This document shows, piece after piece, positions 27,055 to 39,800 of a stretch of 59,877 bases of DNA. The stretch's first letter is position 1; every line of letters starts with the position of its first letter. Source of the DNA: a virus (taxonomy: Duplodnaviria; Caudoviricetes); the IMG/VR virus record IMGVR_UViG_3300037504_001591, positions 1-59,877 of that record; one strand, 5' to 3'. The position numbers and the translations under genes were made by a program. The notes beneath the pieces are model-generated. The model had not been told where the DNA came from. It did no database searches and saw nothing but the letters and a program-made list of their open reading frames with translations.

Positions 27055-28053
27055 TTATAAAAAAGACCAGGAATACTCAACACTAATACAATCAATTAAT
27101 AATTTACATTTTGAAGTTCTTTTTATATTTTGAATAGCATAATTAATACCATCCCATTGAATAAAACTCCCTTTAAATATATTATACCCTATATTCATTT
27201 TTACCGATCCTGTTAAATAATACCTTTTTTGTGAAAGTAATTGATCATATCTATCTGCTATATACTGTGCAGTAGGTAAATGATCGGTATAAAAACCGTT
27301 TACTGTATTTAAACTTATATCAACAGTTTTCTCTGGAATTCTTTCATTTGAATACGTGAAAGCAACACTTTCTCCAAATTTAACCTCAGTTCCTTTATAT
27401 TCTGCTTCATATCGATCCCATCTTTGAATTTTTGGATAATCAACCCAATCTTTATCTCTTAATATTATTAAAGGAGAAGGAAATGAATTCCTATAATCAT
27501 AAGTTTCTAAATACATTTCATTATTATATATAAACATTCTCGCACAAAGAATTTCACATAACTTCATTAAATATTCCGATGTTACCCAGTTCTCATTTGT
27601 AGTTCCTAATAATATATTTTGTTCATCAAAAAGATCCCACATCCTTTGATAACTTATTTGATTAACATTTAATCCTATTAGTTCTAAACTTTCTTTAAAA
27701 ATATCTGCAGGATTAGAATTATCTTTTACATAAGGAGATTTTATTTCATTTTCTCTTATATGCCTATTAAACAGTACCGTAGTATTCGATTGTGCTCTTA
27801 CTATTACCCATTTTAACTCTGTTGTAATATAAGCTACATAACCTGCAAATAATAATACTCCAAAGTCATCATAATAAAGAACAGGTATATCTTGTGCAGA
27901 ATCAAAACTTGTATAAAACTTCAAAGGAAGTTTTATATCCATAGTATCATTTAAAAATGATTCCATCTCTCCCCAATCTGGAACATTATCATCCAAAATA
28001 GGTGAATCAATAGCCTGTGTTGTATAATCAACCCCACCTATTAATAACATCAT
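27055..28053 (-). CDS. Putative tail tip/hub protein
   Basis: Position after tape measure and distal-tail gene; LLFAGYV strand motif typical of hub proteins. Confidence 0.6.
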   Translation of the reverse strand: MMLLIGGVDYTTQAIDSPILDDNVPDWGEMESFLNDTMDIKLPLKFYTSFDSAQDIPVLYYDDFGVLLFAGYVAYITTELKWVIVRAQSNTTVLFNRHIRENEIKSPYVKDNSNPADIFKESLELIGLNVNQISYQRMWDLFDEQNILLGTTNENWVTSEYLMKLCEILCARMFIYNNEMYLETYDYRNSFPSPLIILRDKDWVDYPKIQRWDRYEAEYKGTEVKFGESVAFTYSNERIPEKTVDISLNTVNGFYTDHLPTAQYIADRYDQLLSQKRYYLTGSVKMNIGYNIFKGSFIQWDGINYAIQNIKRTSKCKLLIDCISVEYSWSFL

Positions 28054-30857
28054 ATCTGTACCTCAAACTTATCCTCTAATTCATGTAATTCTAATTTTTT
28101 TAAATCCCCCGTTTGATTCTTGTTATTCCATAAGTTAGCTACTATATTTGGCTCATCCCCAAAAGTAACATAAATATAATAAACTTTACAAGTATATGTA
28201 GTAGAAGTTGTAGGTAAGGTTCCTAATAACTCACTATTTTTTAAATATAAAGTTGTTTCATTATTCTCGTCTATTCTCATATTTCTTAAAGTTCCTGTAT
28301 CATCTATAGAAACATAAAAACCTCGTAAAAAACCATCTAAAAAGTAATAACTTTGTAAAGTTAAAGTTTCTCCTGCAGAAGTACTCATTGCTTTATTAGA
28401 TACTTGGATCGAATTTGAATCTATTATTTTTCTAATTTGTGTGTCTTTTGGTAAGTAATCTTCAGCCTTAATAATTGTACCAATCTCTATACCTGCAGTA
28501 CTCGCAATATTATCTATAATATCACTACCACTTGTAATATCACCTGTTATTGTAGTTTCTGGAATAGTTAAAGTATAATCATATTCTTCTCCATTTATTT
28601 CTATCGGAGTTCCTAATATATTAAAAACTAAATCAACCTCATCAACAGGATAATGAAAATAATAATTTTCTAAAATAGTTCTTTTTTTATCTGTATCATT
28701 AGTAACTTCAGTTAATATTGCAAAATAAATACCATCATTCCCATTTGGAAAAAAACGTAAAGGAGTTTTCTCAATTAATAGTTTTTGTAATCTCATCAAT
28801 GTTCTTAACATCATTGTTCCTTTTTGTTCTTCCAATGTTAATACTCTTCTTCTATAACCCATATATTTTAAGATATTTCCTGTATAATCTTCTACAATTT
28901 CTTTTTGTGTAAATTTCCATTTAGGATCTATATCAACCTCAAAACCTAATATCTCCATTCCAACTGTATTTAATTCCCCATTATTAATATAAGTCATATT
29001 ATAGCATCCTGCATCATTACTATCATCACCTATACCTATAGCTGGGCTATCCACAGAATAATCTTCTGCTATGCTTTGTAAATGAAAATCCTCGCCTATA
29101 ATACTTTTAAAAAAAGGACTGACACTTTCTATACAATTAGTTAAAACTGGTTCATAAGTAGTTATAGAAGTAACTGTCCCATTAACTAAGCTATTACTTA
29201 TTGTAAAACTTGTTACTACATTATTTAAATATATTGCTGCATTTGTACATGCTAAAATATTATTTTTACATACAAAATTAGAATCTGTACCATAAATACT
29301 AATACCTTTAGTACTTTGTATTGTGTTATTTTTAAAAGTAAAATTAAAAGCCGATGTAGACCCCCCATCTATAAACTGTAAAGCCCACCCATTAACATGA
29401 AATATATTATATTGACAAGCATTTGTCATTGTTCCTGTAGGGTTCAAGCTATGAATACCACCTTTATCACTTTTGATGATTGAATTAGTAATACCTGTTA
29501 CTCCTGTGCCGCCAAAAGCATTTAAATTATTACCTTCAATATTGCAATATTTAATTGAAGTTGTATAATCACCTTCAATAGACCCTCTATCATCAAGGTC
29601 ATACTGCTCAAAAACTCTAACTGTATCTGTGGTTACATCACAAAAATAAAGTTTTCCATCTACATCTGTTGTTCCAAATTTTAATGCATATCCACCATAT
29701 TCTGGAGATAAATTAAACTCTCTTTGAAAATCTAATTTAGAGTCAAAAACCAAATATTTAACAATTGTGTTCGGGGATCCAAAAACAGTCCCTCTCACAT
29801 AAATTAAACCATCATTTTTATTAATATTAATATCTTTAAATGCTTGAAGTTCTCCATAAGATGTACCCTTGAAATCTACTGTATCAAGCAGCTCCATTGT
29901 TTCTTTTTTATATTTATATAAATTATGCCTCGCATCTTTAACTAAAAAATATATAAAATTTTCATTTATACAAAAAGAAGTAATTGCTGTAGATCCTGTT
30001 ACATCTTCAAAAAGATCCGAATGTGCCCATTTATCTACAAATAACCCACTATAATCAAACTGTTGAAGCCTATCTGCAATATGGTCATAAACATAAACAT
30101 CATCTGTAACTGGATCTAATCGTAATTGCCATATACCCCCAGTTTGAAATAGACCATCTCCTGAACCTAAACCCCCAAAAGATACAGTTCCCGTGCTTCC
30201 TGCTCCATCATAAGCTACTATCATACCCGTAGCTGCCATTCCTACATATATAGGATAATCCGATATATTTATTGAACAGTCTAAAGTATCGGGATAACTC
30301 GATGGGGAAAAGTTTGCAGAATATGTACCATCTTTATCAAATATTTCAACACGTGTATTACCCCTATTTGCAACTACTACTCCTAAAGTATTGAACTCAT
30401 CGACACAAACATCATAAGGATCATCTAACTGCCCGTTTCCCGATCCACTTGTACCTATATTTAAAGTGTTTCCAAAAAACCCTTCCTCATAATTACAAAT
30501 TATTTTTATTCCTATTATTTCACTACCATCTGCAATTAAATTATATTTTAATTTGACATCAACTGTATATCCATCATCTGCTTGTATGTCTATACCTTGT
30601 AAATCAACAATATTTTGTTCATTAAAAACATGATCCAATTGAAAAGTGATTAAATCATTACCATTAGACACAGCATAATTAATAAAATCTTGTAATGACT
30701 CTCTATCTTGACCGCCTAAATTAACTGGAATTGTTGTAATTACTAATTCATTAACCCCAGTTTTCGCAACAGTCCCTCTTTCATCTCTTCCAACATTATT
30801 ATTTTGTGTTACTGCCCATGAATTTTTTATATTACTTTCAAAAGATGGTATTCCCAT
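28050..30857 (-). CDS. Large tail protein with NHL beta-propeller and beta-helix segments
   Basis: GTSGSGNGQLDDPYDVCVD and GGLGSGDGLF NHL repeats; DFHLQS...SPAIGIG; directly follows tape measure. Confidence 0.75.
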   Translation of the reverse strand: MGIPSFESNIKNSWAVTQNNNVGRDERGTVAKTGVNELVITTIPVNLGGQDRESLQDFINYAVSNGNDLITFQLDHVFNEQNIVDLQGIDIQADDGYTVDVKLKYNLIADGSEIIGIKIICNYEEGFFGNTLNIGTSGSGNGQLDDPYDVCVDEFNTLGVVVANRGNTRVEIFDKDGTYSANFSPSSYPDTLDCSINISDYPIYVGMAATGMIVAYDGAGSTGTVSFGGLGSGDGLFQTGGIWQLRLDPVTDDVYVYDHIADRLQQFDYSGLFVDKWAHSDLFEDVTGSTAITSFCINENFIYFLVKDARHNLYKYKKETMELLDTVDFKGTSYGELQAFKDININKNDGLIYVRGTVFGSPNTIVKYLVFDSKLDFQREFNLSPEYGGYALKFGTTDVDGKLYFCDVTTDTVRVFEQYDLDDRGSIEGDYTTSIKYCNIEGNNLNAFGGTGVTGITNSIIKSDKGGIHSLNPTGTMTNACQYNIFHVNGWALQFIDGGSTSAFNFTFKNNTIQSTKGISIYGTDSNFVCKNNILACTNAAIYLNNVVTSFTISNSLVNGTVTSITTYEPVLTNCIESVSPFFKSIIGEDFHLQSIAEDYSVDSPAIGIGDDSNDAGCYNMTYINNGELNTVGMEILGFEVDIDPKWKFTQKEIVEDYTGNILKYMGYRRRVLTLEEQKGTMMLRTLMRLQKLLIEKTPLRFFPNGNDGIYFAILTEVTNDTDKKRTILENYYFHYPVDEVDLVFNILGTPIEINGEEYDYTLTIPETTITGDITSGSDIIDNIASTAGIEIGTIIKAEDYLPKDTQIRKIIDSNSIQVSNKAMSTSAGETLTLQSYYFLDGFLRGFYVSIDDTGTLRNMRIDENNETTLYLKNSELLGTLPTTSTTYTCKVYYIYVTFGDEPNIVANLWNNKNQTGDLKKLELHELEDKFEVQI

Positions 30858-30861
30858 AAAA

Positions 30862-33800
30862 TTAACCTCTTAATAATTTATTTGTTTGTATATCTTGTCT
30901 AATAGTATCGGATTCTGTAGTAACTTTAGTTGTCTTTTTATCACTAACTTGAATACCAATATTATTTAAAACTTGACTTCCTTGTAAAGTATCTAATTTG
31001 TTTTGTAAACTTCTTAGACTTTCAATCAATAATTCATTACTACTTACTAAAGTCCCAATATCATTAGGTTTAATTATTTCACTTTCTGGTAAAGCACCTG
31101 GTTGAATACCACTAGATAGAGCTTTTAAACTACGATCTCCAGGAGGTATTATAGGTTTATCTATATCTGTATCTATATCTATATCTGTAGGTAATTCTTC
31201 AGTATCTTCTTCAGTATCTTCTTCAGTATTTTCCTCATCAGGATCGTTAACAACAGGATCTTCTGTATATATATTGGTCATCAATGGTATCAACACATCC
31301 TCAAGTAATGTTTCAATATTTGTTAAAATCTCTTCTAAAGCATCTGGGGAATTGTCTAAAATAGCGTCCTCAACATGGCTTAAAACTTCCTGTAAAGCAT
31401 CAAAGTTGAGTTGTTGATCATCTAATAAATCTTGTACATCTGGCAATTCTCCAAGATCACCAGTTGGCTCTGTAGTTTCTCCTGTTAATCCTAGGGCATC
31501 TACATCTATCCCTAATAACCTATATATTTCATCTGGAGTTACTCCTAATTCTAATAATCTTTGAGCCGATTTTACTAAATTTTCATACTCCATAGTTTCG
31601 TCATTGAGTTTTCTTGCTTCGATAACTAACCTTAGATAACTTCTTAATTCTTCATCATATAAAGCGTTTGTTCTACTTAATTCATCATTCATTGATTCCT
31701 GTAATTTTAGTTTTTGTAACTGTAAGTCTAATAATTCTTCTTCTAAATCAAGCATCATACCCGCATATTTTTCATCACTGCCATATAAATCTATCTCTTG
31801 CTCTTTAGCAGCTATTAAATCATCGAGTGCCTGTAATCTTAAATTATTTATAAAATCTTCACTATATCCCATTACTTGGGCTCTTTTAATAACTATTTGC
31901 TGTTCTTTACTAAATTGTGCATCCAGATTATCTAAGTTCTCTTGAATTAAATCGGCTTCTTGAAGTAATAAATCTAATCTTTCCTCTTGTGTTAATAGTC
32001 TTGTACCATCTACTTCATATAATTGTTTATCAAGTTCTAATAATTCATGTATTTTACTAAGTTGAGATGCTAAAACCATGTCTTGATCACCATAAATAGT
32101 ATATAATTGTTCTTGAAGATCCCATCTAGTATTAATTTCATCTTTCATCATTTCTAGTAAAGCATTGAACGCATCGGCATACTCATCTGAAGCATCTATT
32201 ATTTGTTGCTGGCTTTCAATATACCATTGCAGTGCATCTTGAACTTCCTCTTTATCATATTTACCTTGTTTAAACTTATCCCATGATAACCCTGCTTGTT
32301 CTAAAATTTCTCTATACTTTTCAAACCACTCATCATCTGCACTACCCCATCCTAAATTTAGAGGACCACCCCAGTTCACATCTTGTAAATCTTTTAAAGC
32401 CTGTTGTGCCTCAGCTATATTTTCTTGAGCCGCCTCAGTATTAGTAAGGGCGTCTTGCCCACTTGTAATATCAAAACCTTCCTGGTAACTTTCTACTAGT
32501 TCTCTTTGTGCATCTATTTGTGTCTCAATAGTGTTATATATCCCCATGTGCAATTTCTTTTGTAAATCTAATAAATCATTTTGATGTTGTAACTGTTGAA
32601 AAATAAGCTCATTAGCTTCTACTTGTTCTTTTAGAGATTGACTTGCTGAAGTATCAACCATTGCTTTTTGTACAACACCGATGATAGTTTTTGCTAATTT
32701 TAATGCACCTTGTACCCAAACACCTAAACCTGGAATAGCCCCTAAAGCTGTAGCAATTGTATCAAACATCACATTTCCGAAAGCATCCCAGTCTATACCT
32801 TCCCCACGTACAATTAAATCATTTATAATTCCCGCTATACCTTGTAACTGCCCAAAAACATTTTTTACAGATTCCTCATACTCTTGCATTGCTGTTAAAA
32901 CTTGTTCCCTGGTAGTTTTAGCAATATGATCAAGAGCGTCTATTTGTGCGTCATATTGATCTTGTGTAATCTCACCAGCTTCTAATTGCTCATCTAAAAT
33001 TTTTCTTTGCTTTTCTTTATATTTTTGCATTCCTTTATCGGTAGATAATTGCTTAGTAACTTGTACTTTTTTACCCGCACCAAACAAACTACCGATACTA
33101 CTAATAATAGCTAAATTTCCCTGGAAATTTCTTAATGCTAATTCTCCTAATTTATTCTGTGCATCTATTTCTTCTAATATACCATCTCTTAAAGCACGAG
33201 TTGCTTCTAATAAATCTAATTTAGCCTGCTCATAATCTCTTACTTTCTCAATAGAATCCTCAGTTGCCGCTATTTGTTCTTTTATAGCATTTGCTTCCTC
33301 ATTTAAGTTTTGAATAGTTTTTTTATCTAATGGCTGTCCCTCTTTATCTACACCTTCAGTTAGTTGGTTTTTTATAGCTATTAATCTTTGATATAAACCT
33401 TCTCTTTCCTTTAATAATTCATCTGGATCAACTTTTCCTATAAATTCCTCACCAGTAGCTAATCTAAGCTGTTCTGCCATATAGTCTCTTTTTTCTTTTA
33501 ATTGCTTTATTTCAAATGATCTTAGTTTTACTATTTCTTCCTCGTTCAATGTTTGTTCATATTGTAACCTTGCTATTTCCTGCATTATATCAAACATATC
33601 TCTAAGAGGATCAATATCTAAATCTCCAAAAGCACCGAAATCCAAATCTAATATTTCTTTCCACTGCTTATACAACCCATCAGATAATTCTTTTTGATTT
33701 TCTAAATTAGCGACAAACTCCTCACCAAACATGGCTCTTAAACGATCCTTTATAGCCTCAAGCCATTCTTGCTCGGAAATAGTTCCTTCCTCATACATTT

Positions 33801-36800
33801 GTCTAAGTGATTCGGAATCATAATAAATCTTTTCTGCACCGCCATACATAGCAGTAAACTCATCAAATTCTAAACTTTTTAATGCATCTCCTGTTTCAAC
33901 TGCCTTGTTAAATAAATCACCAAAAGAAGATATAAATTCTTCAGAAAATAAATCACCACCTTCTTTTAAATGTTTTAAAGCTCTTTGAGTTCCTTCATCT
34001 AAAGTGTTAATGATTTTAGCTAAATCACTATCACTCATTATATCTTCCCATGACCTCTTTTCATTTCTCATTGCTGTAGATAATTTATCAAATTCATCTT
34101 GATTTAAACTTTGAATTGTTGATAAATAACCTTCTAAAGTTCCGAAAGTTTGTTTTAAATTATATTCTATACCCTGCATTACTTGCTCTGCTAATTGCAA
34201 TGCAGGTGATTTCTTTTCGTATAATTCTTCTTCTCTTTTTTCTGCAGAAAATTGTGAGTATATATCTTGTTGTGCCTCTGTTAGTTGTGGTAAAGACTCA
34301 AAATATTCTATCATTAAATCTCTATATTGTTTTTGGAAATCACCGCTTGCTTGAATCACTTCTTGTTGGTATTGTATTTCTCTTTGTTTTTTATTAGCTA
34401 AATATTCCTCATCCATTACTTCTCTTAATGTATATATTTCACCAGCTATTTCTATTTCTCTATCTAAATATTCCTCACCGTATTCTATTCTCATATCTAA
34501 CTTTTTCTTTTCGTAATTATAATCCATACTTTCTATATCATTTATATACTCTGCATAAGGTCCCGATCTTTCTGTAGTTGAATCTAAATACATATCATAA
34601 AGACGTTGTTGTAAATTAGCCATCGAGGTTTCAACTTCTTTACCTTCCTCATCAAGAGTAGAACTAATATTAAAACCTTCGCCAGTAAAATCACTCATAT
34701 CCTCAAAGGTAGTATTAATGTTATCCATGATTTCTGTTATATTAATACCATAGTCTAACATTTGTTGTATGTATAATTCCATTGCTTGCTGGCGTCTTTC
34801 AAAGAATTCTGTATCTCCTTCAGTAAAATCTTGACCAGCAATATCTTTATAAATATCATAAAGGCTTTGTTGGAATTGTCTTAATTCCCCAGTACCAGTT
34901 TCAAAATCTCTACTAACAACACCATTTAATCTCTGTAAATTTTGATCTAATTTAGATACATAAGCATCTAAATCATATTCTCCTATTTGTTTGAAAGTAT
35001 CTAAAATACTAGTTATATTATCTCTTAATGATTTATCTAGTTTTGCATAAAAAATATTTTCTTTGAATTCCTCATCTCTTTTTAACATATCCTCTATTGA
35101 CATCTCAATTTCTTTACCGCTTTCATCTAATACTGTAGTTGTATAATCTGTCATTGTATAAATAGTATCTGTACTTGTTTTCATTACATTTGCTAAATCT
35201 TTTAATACATCATTTCTCTTAGTTTGACTAACAGCATTTTCATATCTATTTAAAAAATCCTCAACAGATATACCAAACTCACTACTTATTTCCTGTAGAA
35301 TACTTGCCCTTGCAGCTTTTAAAACTTCGGAAGGGTTAATCATTGATTCCTCAGCATTAGGATCTGGATTAGGTACAGCTTTTTTTCCGATACTATTTTG
35401 TATTTCCTCATCTATTTTTTCTAATTCTTTAAGGTATTTTTCTACATTAGTTTGTCTAGTATCTATTAACTTATCTTCCCATTCTTGACGACTCTTTTCC
35501 ATTTCTATATCTAATTTCTTTCTATCTGCTTCCCATTTAGATATAAACTCCTTTTCATTTGTCTCTGGATTTATAATTATTTGTAAATCTAATAATTGAG
35601 TATTATAATTAGCCCAACTATTCCTAACAAAAGCTCTCATCTCATCGTATAAATCTTTTAAAGTAATCCTGCTTTTATCCCAATGAGTCCAATAAGTCCA
35701 ATCAATCTCCCATGTTCCAGTTGATGATCCTGTAAAACCTCCACCAGTATCGCCTCCGCCATCATCGAAACCTTTTTCTAGAGATACAGTTTCTCTTTTT
35801 GTAACTTTTTGTGTTTCAAGTGTTTCTATTGCGTTATTGGTAGCATCTATAATAGCTTGATTCTCCTTATGTTTATTTGTTAATTCTTTTATCTTTGCAT
35901 CTATTCTTTTTTTACTAGTTTCTATTACTTCACCACTTGTAATATTTTCATCTGCTTCCCCACTTTCTCCTCTTAAACCTCCGCCACTAACTAAAGTAGA
36001 TGTTTTAGTACCCCCCTCAGCTGCTAAAAGCAGTTGAGTTAAACTTTCTGTTTCCGATGCTATTTGTGCACTTAAAATTGCTTGTTGCGACTCGTATTCT
36101 GCTATGGCCAATTTTTGTATTTGTACTAATAAAGCTATTTTATCATTTAAACTTAATTTCTGGTTTTCCATTATTTCTTGAATTGTGTTATTTATTGTAG
36201 CTTCTTCATAATTTGCATCTACAATAGTATCAATAATTTTTTTCTTTTCATCTCCTACTCTTAATGCTTGGGCTAAAACATCTCTAGCTACTTCTTTTTC
36301 TACTCTTAACCTTTCCCTTGCGTAGTGTTCATTTAAATCATCTATCATTCTTATTTTTTCACTATTTGACATTTTTTCACTTGCCATTATTTTCTCAATA
36401 GCTGCTTGTTGCTCTTGTTCCAATTCACTAATCATCTGTTCGCCAATTTGCCCAGTTTCATGCATTAATTGCCATAACCTATCAAAAGTTTCAAACTCCA
36501 TATCTTTACCATCAAATAAACCTCTTAATTCATCCGACATATTAGATGCATCTATTCCAGTTTCTTCCATGTAATTTGATATTTCTGCAAATTTACTTGC
36601 TACTGTATCTACCCACTTAAATTGTTTTGCGGCATCACTTAAACCAGACATTTCAACTTGACTTAAAAAGGCTTGAACATCCATATCTTGCCCGCCCTCT
36701 TTTTCAATACTCGATTTAAAACTTTCTGCATAAGTTTTTAAAGTTCTCTTTACATCCCTTTCCGCACCTTTTAAGTTTTCTAAATCTAACCCTGCACTAA

Positions 36801-39800
36801 TTTTAGCGGAAAAATCTATATTTGATATATTAGCTAACATTTCTTTTATAGCTTCTTCTTGATCACTTAAACCATCCTCTAATTCATCTTCAGTTTGAAG
36901 TTGACCTGTTCTAATATTTAATATTTCTTGAAAACCATCTATTTGTTCTTGAATATAATTATAAACTCTATCTCTTTGTTCTGGGGTAACTAATTCTGGA
37001 AGAGAAAAACCTAAATCCCCAAACATATTTTTTATATTTTGTATATCACCTACATTTTTTACCGAAAATGAAGTTTCTTGACCTGAAGATAATTTATTCA
37101 TATCAATAATTATTTTCTTTGCATCTAAAAGACTTTTAATTCTATCTTGTAAATAGTCATTAGCACCTTTTTCGGCTTCTTCTTTGTTTTTACCTTCTAT
37201 TGTTAATTCTTTTTCTATTTCTAATATTTTTTCTTTAGTATCCTCTATTTCTAATATGCTTTTAATTTGTAATTCATATTCTTTAGCAACTTTACCAGTT
37301 AAATGCAATTCTTCTTTTATATATTTTAAAGTATCTTGAGCTAATTTTACTTTTTCTTCACCTGAAGCTGAAGATATTTCTGCAATAGTTTTTTCTAATA
37401 ATACACTTGCTTTCATTTTATCTACAAATTCACTATAAGTAATATTTAATTTATCAAGTAATCTATTTAAATCTGGTATATTTTTACTAAGAGATGTTTC
37501 TAGTTCTTGTGTTGTAGATTCTAAAATAGTTTGATTACTAATTCCTAAAGATCCTAGCGAATCCGAAACGTAAGAAACTACATCTTCTACTATTAATGAT
37601 TTCTTAGCTTGTATTTGATCTAAAAAGTTATTTATAAATGCTAATCCTGACCCACTACCTGCATCTTCAAAAGATGAAATTCCTGCTATAATCATATCAT
37701 TTGTTTTTGATAAAGATTGGATAATGTTTGCATCTAAACTTTTAAAAATATTAAATAAGGTTTCTTGTTCTACCTCACCTATTTTTCCAAATATATCTTG
37801 GTAAGCATCGAGAATAAATTGGGCATTTGTTTCATCCATTGCTCCTGTAGTCATATATCCTGTGTCTGCAGTAATATTCATGTTTCTAAGCTGTTCTAAA
37901 AAATCTCTAAACTGCTCTCCGCTAGCATCTTTTGCATATTTAAATATAGTATTAAAAACTTTTTTAAGCCCCTTTATATTTGTTTCTTTATATAAATCTT
38001 TTGTACTATCTCTTAATACTTCTCCAACAGATTTTGATAGTTGCTTTAAAGCCTCTGGTAATTTATCTAATTTAAAAACATCAAAACCACCCTCATACCC
38101 AGAGAATAGGTTTTTCATATCTTCAAAACCTTTTTTACCTTGCCTAATATCTTCAGCCATCCGTGCGAAATTATCCGCTATCTCTGGTGATATTTTTGCT
38201 ATAATTCCAATAATATTATTAAATTTTTCCGTATTATTAATTAATTCTGGTGTGATTAACTCACCTTTTTCCCCAAAAACCTTAGTAAGAAGTTTAGATG
38301 ACGACCCTAATTTTTTCATCTCATCTGCCATTACATTAAACTTCTGTTCCGCCGATCCAAACATATCTAATAAGAATTTATTCCAACCAACAACAGCACC
38401 ACTCATACCCTCACCAATAGAAGCCATAAAGTTATTCCATGCCGCAGTTCCTCTTTTTTGCCATCTTTCCACAGCACCCGCAGATTTTTCATAAGCAGCC
38501 TCAGTTGTTAACCCTAATGTTTCGGCATTGAGGTTCATTTCTTCCATTATCATATTAAAATCGTCAGCAACATTCCCTGTTAAAGCAAAGGCACCTTGTA
38601 AACCCCTTACATTTTCTAATACATCTTGTAATCCATAACCATTTTCTTCTAATGTTTTCTTTAAAGTTGTTAATGTTCCTATAAAACCTTCAGCTTTAAA
38701 AGCATTTAAACCATAAGTTAAACCTAATTCATCAAATATCTTTTTAGCACCCTCTGCTGGATCTAATAAGTTTTTCATTAATGCTCTTAATTGAGTTGCG
38801 GCTTCTTCAGTATGTAAACCTGTTCTTGTTAATGCTGCTAAACCACTAGTAATTTCCTCGACGGATATTCCTAAAGTTGAAGCCTGGGTAGTGATTTGAC
38901 CTACACTATTAGATATTTCTTCTAAAGTCGCCTTAGCATATTTCATGGCTGTAAACATAGTATCGGATACTCTAGTTACATCTTCTTGAACATAATTTAA
39001 CTCATCATAAGCATTTACTAAAGATGTGATACCATCAACAACTGTATCAAACTCTGCCCTACCACCAATTGATAACTTTGCACCGATATCAAGGACTGGT
39101 TCTAAATTTGCAGCTTCAACGCCAGATGTTAAAGCCTTATACATAGCATTTGTAGCTGTTGGAATTTCTACTCCAAATTTATAAGATATATCTTTTGCTT
39201 GATTTGCTAATGCCTTAAATCCCCCAATTGAATGCAAAGTCATATCATCAATAAGAGTTCCAGATAACCTTACTCCAGAATCAAGTTCCGTAAATTTAGT
39301 TATAATACTATCTATTACTCTATTGATAGTTCTAAGTGTGCTAATTACAGTTAAACCTACACTTCTAAGATCGGTAAATGTTCTAAATAACCCTTTACCG
39401 AAAAGACCAGATTTCTTTTTTGCCTCTTGTTGTTTTCTTATTACATCATTAATTTCTTTTTCAACTATATCACTTTCTTTTTTTATTCTACTAGTATTAA
39501 AAATAGACTTAGTTGATTTCATCTTATTTAAGGTAACTAAAGTATCTTTTAATTCTTTTTCAACTATAGTACCTTCTTTTTTTGCTGCATTCATTCTTTC
39601 TGTTGATTGTTTCATTCTTAAATTATGAGCATCAGTTTGTTGTTTTTGCAATCTTTTATAAGCACTCATTAATTTCCCTATCTCTGCTATTTGTTTAATT
39701 TCAAGTGCTTTTCCTGTCAAAGGTTGTCTGTCTTTACCTAAATATGCTTTTTTTCTTATAGCATCCATTTTAGCCATTAGTTGTTGAAAACTTTTTAAAG

